Of a stretch of DNA of 64,000 bases, positions 55,080 to 64,000 are shown in pieces (the stretch's first letter is position 1; the number at the start of each line of letters is the position of its first letter). Origin of the DNA: Auanema rhodensis (taxonomy: Eukaryota; Animalia; Nematoda); the NCBI GenBank assembly GCA_964057225.1, contig OZ059900.1:3720001-3784000 (forward strand), read 5' to 3'. A program made the position numbers and the translations under genes. The notes beneath the pieces were generated by a model that did not search any database, was not told the origin of the DNA, and worked only from the letters and a program-made list of their open reading frames with translations.

Positions 55080-58000
55080 TATGCCTTTAACACCATATAC
55101 TCACCGATTTTTGGTACAAAATCTGTAATACTCGTAAATTTTGATCATATTCGTTAAGATTTGAGAATCAAACACACAATACACAAAATCAGTCTATTTT
55201 TATGAGTTTGCATCGATATATATTCATTTTGATCAAAAAAAGTTGAAAATAGAAAGAATTTTTGAATTTTCCGAGTTTTGAGTCCAATTGGGCTAAATCG
55301 CTCATATATATGATCAAAAACATAGTTTTATTGTCTATAACAACAAAAGTCATCAATTAAACGCTAGTGATGTTTAAATACTGATTTTCGCTCAAATAGC
55401 ATTACTACACTAAGTATGGTCGTTTTTATGCCTTTAACACCATATACTCACCGATTTTTGGTACAAAATCTGTAATACTCGTAAATTTTGATCATATTCG
55501 TTAAGATTTGAGAATCAAACACACAATACACAAAATCAGTCTATTTTTATGAGCTTGCACTGATATATATTCATTTTGATCAAAAAAGGTCGAAAATAGA
55601 AAGAATTTTTGAAATTTCCGAGTTTTGAGTCTAATTTGGCTAAATCGCTCATATATATGATCAGAAGCATAGTTTTATGGTCTATGACAACAAAAGTCAT
55701 CAATTAAACGCTAGTGATGTTTAAATACTGATTTTCGCTCAAATAGCATTACTACACTAAGTATGGTCGTTTTTATGCCTTTAACACCATATACTCACCG
55801 ATTTTTGGTACAAAATCTGTAATACTCGTAAATTTTGATCATATTCGTTAAGATTTGAGAATCAAACACACAATACACAAAATCAGTCTATTTTTATGAG
55901 TTTGCATCGATATTTATTCATTTTGATCAAAAAAGGTCGAAAATAGAAAGAATTTTTGAATTTTCCGAGTTTTGAGTCCAATTGGGCTAAATCGCTCATA
56001 TATATGAACAAAAACATAGTTTTATTGTCTATAACAACAAAAGTCATCAATTAAACGCTAGTGATGTTTAAATACTGATTTTCGCTCAAATAGCATTACT
56101 ACACTAAGTATGGTCGTTTTTATGCCTTTAACACCATATACTCACCGATTTTTGGTACAAAATCTGTGATACTCGTAAATTTTCATCATATTCGGTGAGA
56201 TCCGAGAATCAAACACACAATACACGAAATAAGTTCATTTTTACGAGTTTGCACTGATATTTATTCATTTTGATCGAAAAAGGTCGAAAATAGAAAGAAT
56301 TTTTGAAATTTCCGAGTTTTGAGTCTAATTTGGCTAAATCGCTCATATATATGATCAGAAGCATAGTTTTATTGTCTATGACAACAAAAGTCATTAATTA
56401 AACACTAATGATGTTTAAATCACTAAATTTCGCTCAAATAGCATTACTACACTAAGTATGGTCGTTTTTATGCCTTTAACACCATATACTCACCGATTTT
56501 TGGTACAAAATCTGTAATACTCGTAAATTTCGATCATATTCGTTAAGATTTGAGAATCAAACACACAATACACAAAATCAGTCTATTTTTATGAGCTTGC
56601 ACTGATATATATTCATTTTGATCAAAAAAGGTCGAAAATAGAAAGAATTTTTGAAATTTCCGAGTTTTGAGTCTAATTTGGCTAAATCGCTCATATATAT
56701 GATCAGAAGCATAGTTTTATGGTCTATGACAACAAAAGTCATCAATTGAACGCTAGTGATGTTTAAATACTGATTTTCGCTCAAATAGCATTACTACACT
56801 AAGTATGGTCGTTTTTATGCCTTTAACACCATATACTCACCGATTTTTGGTACAAAATCTGTAATACTCGTAAATTTTGATCATATTCGTTAAGATTTGA
56901 GAATCAAACACACAATACACAAAATCAGTCTATTTTTATGAGTTTGCATCGATATATATTCATTTTGATCAAAAAAAGTTGAAAATAGAAAGAATTTTTG
57001 AATTTTCCGAGTTTTGAGTCCAATTGGGCTAAATCGCTCATATATATGATCAAAAACATAGTTTTATTGTCTATAACAACAAAAGTCATCAATTAAACGC
57101 TAGTGATGTTTAAATACTGATTTTCGCTCAAATAGCATTACTACACTAAGTATGGTCGTTTTTATGCCTTTAACACCATATACTCACCGATTTTTGGTAC
57201 AAAATCTGTAATACTCGTAAATTTTGATCATATTCGTTAAGATTTGAGAATCAAACACACAATACACAAAATCAGTCTATTTTTATGAGCTTGCACTGAT
57301 ATATATTCATTTTGATCAAAAAAGGTCGAAAATAGAAAGAATTTTTGAAATTTCCGAGTTTTGAGTCTAATTTGGCTAAATCGCTCATATATATGATCAG
57401 AAGCATAGTTTTATGGTCTATGACAACAAAAGTCATCAATTAAACGCTAGTGATGTTTAAATACTGATTTTCGCTCAAATAGCATTACTACACTAAGTAT
57501 GGTCGTTTTTATGCCTTTAACACCATATACTCACCGATTTTTGGTACAAAATCTGTAATACTCGTAAATTTTGATCATATTCGTTAAGATTTGAGAATCA
57601 AACACACAATACACAAAATCAGTCTATTTTTATGAGTTTGCATCGATATTTATTCATTTTGATCAAAAAAGGTCGAAAATAGAAAGAATTTTTGAATTTT
57701 CCGAGTTTTGAGTCCAATTGGGCTAAATCGCTCATATATATGATCAAAAACATAGTTTTATTGTCTATAACAACAAAAGTCATCAATTAAACGCTAGTGA
57801 TGTTTAAATACTGATTTTCGCTCAAATAGCATTACTACACTAAGTATGGTCGTTTTTATGCCTTTAACACCATATACTCACCGATTTTTGGTACAAAATC
57901 TGTGATACTCGTAAATTTTCATCATATTCGGTGAGATCCGAGAATCAAACACACAATACACGAAATAAGTTCATTTTTACGAGTTTGCACTGATATTTAT

Positions 58001-58690
58001 TCATTTTGATCGAAAAAGGTCGAAAATAGAAAGAATTTTTGAAATTTCCGAGTTTTGAGTCTAATTTGGCTAAATCGCTCATATATATGATCAGAAGCAT
58101 AGTTTTATTGTCTATGACAACAAAAGTCATTAATTAAACACTAATGATGTTTAAATCACTAAATTTCGCTCAAATAGCATTACTACACTAAGTATGGTCG
58201 TTTTTATGCCTTTAACACCATATACTCACCGATTTTTGGTACAAAATCTGTAATACTCGTAAATTTCGATCATATTCGTTAAGATTTGAGAATCAAACAC
58301 ACAATACACAAAATCAGTCTATTTTTATGAGCTTGCACTGATATATATTCATTTTGATCAAAAAAGGTCGAAAATAGAAAGAATTTTTGAAATTTCCGAG
58401 TTTTGAGTCTAATTTGGCTAAATCGCTCATATATATGATCAGAAGCATAGTTTTATGGTCTATGACAACAAAAGTCATCAATTGAACGCTAGTGATGTTT
58501 AAATACTGATTTTCGCTCAAATAGCATTACTACACTAAGTATGGTCGTTTTTATGCCTTTAACACCATATACTCACCGATTTTTGGTACAAAATCTGTAA
58601 TACTCGTAAATTTTGATCATATTCGTTAAGATTTGAGAATCAAACACACAATACACAAAATCAGTCTATTTTTATGAGTTTGCATCGATA
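55080..58690. repeat. Tandem duplication with 5-monomer period (1736 bp)
   Basis: ORF pairs 56209/57945 and 56578/58314. Markers AAAGTTGAAA (about 55241/56977), GATCGAAAAAGG and CAATTGAACGC repeat at 1736-bp spacing. Confidence 0.88.
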
Positions 58691-61600
58691 TTTATTCATT
58701 TTGATCAAAAAAGGTCGAAAATAGAAAGAATTTTTGAATTTTCCGAGTTTTGAGTCCAATTGGGCTAAATCGCTCATATATATGATCAAAAACATAGTTT
58801 TATTGTCTATAACAACAAAAGTCATCAATTAAACGCTAGTGATGTTTAAATACTGATTTTCGCTCAAATAGCATTACTACACTAAGTATGGTCGTTTTTA
58901 TGCCTTTAACACCATATACTCACCGATTTTTGGTACAAAATCTGTGATACTCGTAAATTTTCATCATATTCGGTGAGATCCGAGAATCAAACACACAATA
59001 CACGAAATAAGTTCATTTTTACGAGTTTGCACTGATATTTATTCATTTTGATCAAAAAAGGTCGAAAATAGAAAGAATTTTTGAAATTTCCGAGTTTTGA
59101 GTCTAATTTGGCTAAATCGCTCATATATATGATCAGAAGCATAGTTTTATTGTCTCTGACAACAAAAGTCATTAATTAAACACTAATGATGTTTAAATCA
59201 CTAAATTTCGCTCAAATAGCATTACTACACTAAGTATGGTCGTTTTTATGCCTTTAACACCATATACTCACCGATTTTTGGTACAAAATCTGTAATACTC
59301 GTAAATTTCGATCATATTCGTTAAGATTTGAGAATCAAACACACAATACACAAAATCAGTCTATTTTTATGAGCTTGCACTGATATATATTCATTTTGAT
59401 CAAAAAAGGTCGAAAATAGAAAGAATTTTTGAAATTTCCGAGTTTTGAGTCTAATTTGGCTAAATCGCTCATATATATGATCAGAAGCATAGTTTTATGG
59501 TCTATGACAACAAAAGTCATCAATTAAACGCTAGTGATGTTTAAATACTGATTTTCGCTCAAATAGCATTACTACACTAAGTATGGTCGTTTTTATGCCT
59601 TTAACACCATATACTCACCGATTTTTGGTACAAAATCTGTAATACTCGTAAATTTTGATCATATTCGTTAAGATTTGAGAATCAAACACACAATACACAA
59701 AATCAGTCTATTTTTATGAGTTTGCATCGATATTTATTCATTTTGATCAAAAAAGGTCGAAAATAGAAAGAATTTTTGAAATTTCCGAGTTTTGAGTCCA
59801 ATTTGGCTAAATCGCTCATATATATGATCAAAAGCATAGTTTTATTGTCTATAACAACAAAAGTCATCAATTAAACGCTAGTGATGTTTTAATACTGAAT
59901 TTCGCTCAAATAGCATTACTACACTAAGTATGGTCGTCTTTATGCCTTTAACACCATATACTCACCGATTTTTGGTACAAAATCTGTGATACTCGTAAAT
60001 TTTGATCATATTTGTTAAGATTCAAAAATCAAACACACAACACACGAAATAAGTTTATTTTTACAAGTTTGCACTGATATTTATTCATTTTGATCAAAAA
60101 AGGTCGAAAATAGAAAGAATTTTTGAAATTTCCGAGTTTTGAGTCTAATTTGGCTAAATCGCTCATATATATGATCAGAAGCATAGTTTTATTGTCTATG
60201 ACAACAAAAGTCATTAATTAAACACTAATGATGTTTAAATCACTAAATTTCGCTCAAATAGCATTACTACACTAAGTATGGTCGTTTTTATGCCTTTAAC
60301 ACCATATACTCACCGATTTTTGGTACAAAATCTGTAATACTCGTAAATTTTGATCATATTCGTTAAGATTTGAGAATCAAACACACAATACACAAAATCA
60401 GTCTATTTTTATGAGCTTGCACTGATATATATTCATTTTGATCAAAAAAGGTCGAAAATAGAAAGAATTTTTGAATTTTCCGAGTTTTGAGTCCAATTGG
60501 GCTAAATCGCTCATATATATGATCAAAAACATAGTTTTATTGTCTATAACAACAAAAGTCATCAATTAAACGCTAGTGATGTTTTAATACTGAATTTCGC
60601 TCAAATAGCATTACTACACTAAGTATGGTCGTTTTTATGCCTTTAACACCATATACTCACCGATTTTTGGTACAAAATCTGTGATACTCGTAAATTTTGA
60701 TCATATTTGTTAAGATTCAAAAATCAAACACACAATACACGAAATAAGTTTATTTTTACAAGTTTGCACTGATATTTATTCATTTTGATCAAAAAAGGTC
60801 GAAAATAGAAAGAATTTTTGAAATTTCCGAGTTTTGAGTCTAATTTGGCTAAATCGCTCATATATATGATCAGAAGCATAGTTTTATTGTCTATGACAAC
60901 AAAAGTCATTAATTAAACACTAATGATGTTTAAATCACTAAATTTCGCTCAAATAGCATTACTACACTAAGTATGGTCGTTTTTATGCCTTTAACACCAT
61001 ATACTCACCGATTTTTGGTACAAAATCTGTAATACTCGTAAATTTTGATCATATTCGTTAAGATTTGAGAATCAAACACACAATACACAAAATCAGTCTA
61101 TTTTTATGAGCTTGCACTGATATATATTCATTTTGATCAAAAAAGGTCGAAAATAGAAAGAATTTTTGAAATTTCCGAGTTTTGAGTCTAATTTGGCTAA
61201 ATCGCTCATATATATGATCAGAAGCATAGTTTTATGGTCTATGACAACAAAAGTCATCAATTAAACGCTAGTGATGTTTAAATACTGATTTTCGCTCAAA
61301 TAGCATTACTACACTAAGTATGGTCGTTTTTATGCCTTTAACACCATATACTCACCGATTTTTGGTACAAAATCTGTAATACTCGTAAATTTTGATCATA
61401 TTCGTTAAGATTTGAGAATCAAACACACAATACACAAAATCAGTCTATTTTTATGAGTTTGCATCGATATTTATTCATTTTGATCAAAAAAGGTCGAAAA
61501 TAGAAAGAATTTTTGAATTTTCCGAGTTTTGAGTCCAATTGGGCTAAATCGCTCATATATATGATCAAAAACATAGTTTTATTGTCTATAACAACAAAAG

Positions 61601-64000
61601 TCATCAATTAAACGCTAGTGATGTTTAAATACTGATTTTCGCTCAAATAGCATTACTACACTAAGTATGGTCGTTTTTATGCCTTTAACACCATATACTC
61701 ACCGATTTTTGGTACAAAATCTGTGATACTCGTAAATTTTCATCATATTCGGTGAGATCCGAGAATCAAACACACAATACACGAAATAAGTTCATTTTTA
61801 CGAGTTTGCACTGATATTTATTCATTTTGATCGAAAAAGGTCGAAAATAGAAAGAATTTTTGAAATTTCCGAGTTTTGAGTCTAATTCGGCTAAATCGCT
61901 CATATATATGATCAGAAGCATAGTTTTATTGTCTATGACAACAAAAGTCATTAATTAAACACTAATGATGTTTAAATCACTAAATTTCGCTCAAATAGCA
62001 TTACTACACTAAGTATGGTCGTTTTTATGCCTTTAACACCATATACTCACCGATTTTTGGTACAAAATCTGTAATACTCGTAAATTTTGATCATATTCGT
62101 TAAGATTTGAGAATCAAACACACAATACACAAAATCAGTCTATTTTTATGAGTTTGCATCGATATTTATTCATTTTGATCAAAAAAGGTCGAAAATAGAA
62201 AGAATTTTTGAATTTTCCGAGTTTTGAGTCCAATTGGGCTAAATCGCTCATATATATGATCAGAAGCATAGTTTTATGGTCTATGACAACAAAAGTCATC
62301 AATTAAACGCTAGTGATGTTTAAATACTGATTTTCGCTCAAATAGCATTACTACACTAAGTATGGTCGTTTTTATGCCTTTAACACCATATACTCACCGA
62401 TTTTTGGTACAAAATCTGTAATACTCGTAAATTTTGATCATATTCGTTAAGATTTGAGAATCAAACACACAATACACAAAATCAGTCTATTTTTATGAGT
62501 TTGCATCGATATTTATTCATTTTGATCAAAAAAGGTCGAAAATAGAAAGAATTTTTGAATTTTCCGAGTTTTGAGTCCAATTGGGCTAAATCGCTCATAT
62601 ATATGATCAAAAACATAGTTTTATTGTCTATAACAACAAAAGTCATCAATTAAACGCTAGTGATGTTTAAATACTGATTTTCGCTCAAATAGCATTACTA
62701 CACTAAGTATGGTCGTTTTTATGCCTTTAACACCATATACTCACCGATTTTTGGTACAAAATCTGTGATACTCGTAAATTTTGATCATGTTCGGTGAGAT
62801 CCGAGAATCAAACACACAATACACGAAATAAGTTCATTTTTACGAGTTTGCACTGATATTTATTCATTTTGATCAAAAAAGGTCGAAAATAGAAAGAATT
62901 TTTGAAATTTCCGAGTTTTGAGTCTAATTTGGCTAAATCGCTCATATATATGATCAGAAGCATAGTTTTATTGTCTATGACAACAAAAGTCATTAATTAA
63001 ACACTAATGATGTTTAAATCACTAAATTTCGCTCAAATAGCATTACTACACTAAGTATGGTCGTTTTTATGCCTTTAACACCATATACTCACCGATTTTT
63101 GGTACAAAATCTGTAATACTCGTAAATTTTGATCATATTCGTTAAGATTTGAGAATCAAACACACAATACACAAAATCAGTCTATTTTTATGAGCTTGCA
63201 CTGATATATATTCATTTTGATCAAAAAAGGTCGAAAATAGAAAGAATTTTTGAAATTTCCGAGTTTTGAGTCTAATTTGGCTAAATCGCTCATATATATG
63301 ATCAGAAGCATAGTTTCATGGTCTATGACAACAAAAGTCATCAATTAAACGCTAGTGATGTTTAAATACTGATTTTCGCTCAAATAGCATTACTACACTA
63401 AGTATGGTCGTTTTTATGCCTTTAACACCATATACTCACCGATTTTTGGTACAAAATCTGTAATACTCGTAAATTTTGATCATATTCGTTAAGATTTGAG
63501 AATCAAACACACAATACACAAAATCAGTCTATTTTTATGAGCTTGCACTGATATATATTCATTTTGATCAAAAAAGGTCGAAAATAGAAAGAATTTTTGA
63601 AATTTCCGAGTTTTGAGTCTAATTTGGCTAAATCGCTCATATATATGATCAGAAGCATAGTTTTATGGTCTATGACAACAAAAGTCATCAATTAAACGCT
63701 AGTGATGTTTAAATACTGATTTTCGCTCAAATAGCATTACTACACTAAGTATGGTCGTTTTTATGCCTTTAACACCATATACTCACCGATTTTTGGTACA
63801 AAATCTGTGATACTCGTAAATTTTGATCATATTCGGTGAGATCCGAGAATCGAACACACAATACACGAAATAAATTCATTTTTACGAGTTTGCACTGATA
63901 TTTATTCATTTTGATCAAAAAAGGTCGAAAATAGAAAGAATTTTTGAAATTCCCGAGTTTTGAGTCTAATTTGGCTAAATCGCTCATATATATGATCAGA

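Larger units (their letters stand above)
1..64000. repeat. AT-rich tandem satellite DNA array, 347-bp monomer, about 185 head-to-tail copies (length variants 348, 358 and 298 bp); runs off both window ends
   Basis: Bases 1-347 recur from 348 (ATAGTTTTAT...). ORF-track spacings are multiples of 347 (e.g. 1235-1582, 4607-4954), adjusted by +1, +10 or -49 indels. Orientation is the same throughout and I saw no non-repeat sequence. First monomer has G=44 and C=56 (28.8% GC) with many A/T tracts. Confidence 0.99.

Noticed and set aside
541-63987. 92 near-identical 61-74 aa minus-strand ORFs (MMTFVVIDNKTMLLIIYMSDLAKLDSK...) as a tandem gene family
   Set aside because: They are the same segment of each monomer. 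About half the monomers have earlier in-frame stops (TGA from ATCAGTC, TAA from CATTTATAT). Common variants are mostly amino-acid changing (K/Q, N/S/H, L/F, I/M/K, N/D), starts and ends shift freely, and there is no recognisable domain. Ribo-seq or proteomic evidence, or dN/dS well below 1, would reopen this.
1-64000. CRISPR array or repeat-spacer system
   Set aside because: There are no unique spacers: the entire 347 bp repeats at high identity. No cas or other genes are present.
1-64000. Transposon, MITE or Helitron insertion, inversion, or telomeric repeat
   Set aside because: Monomer register is unbroken apart from +1, +10 and -49 indels. I saw no terminal inverted repeats, target-site duplications, strand switch or telomere motifs.

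Overview
The whole 64 kb window is one uninterrupted, head-to-tail, single-orientation satellite DNA array. It holds about 185 copies of a 347-bp AT-rich monomer (first monomer 100/347 G+C, about 29%). I see no unique sequence, transposon, RNA gene, CRISPR array or credible protein-coding gene. The 92 short minus-strand ORFs in the track all come from the same stretch of the monomer and look like by-products of the repeat. I cannot assign the satellite family or host. By inference it is eukaryotic centromeric, pericentromeric or heterochromatic DNA. The interest lies in the internal organisation. (i) There are nested tandem duplications of 2, 3, 4, 5, 9, 10 and 11 monomers, a ~9.68-kb (28-monomer) unit, and a long-range duplication (1-18.7 kb vs 35.7-46.8 kb), and shared variants let them be ordered in time. 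(ii) A 298-bp deletion monomer has a junction with a templated insertion. (iii) The deleted ~55-bp segment is also the most divergent part of the monomer and abuts a nearly invariant ~85-bp block. (iv) CG/TG/CA polymorphism affects some CpGs while others stay fixed. (v) There are short conversion-like tracts and distinct homogenisation domains. I found no evidence for a novel gene-encoded system. All comparisons were made by eye and from ORF-track offsets, so block boundaries are approximate.
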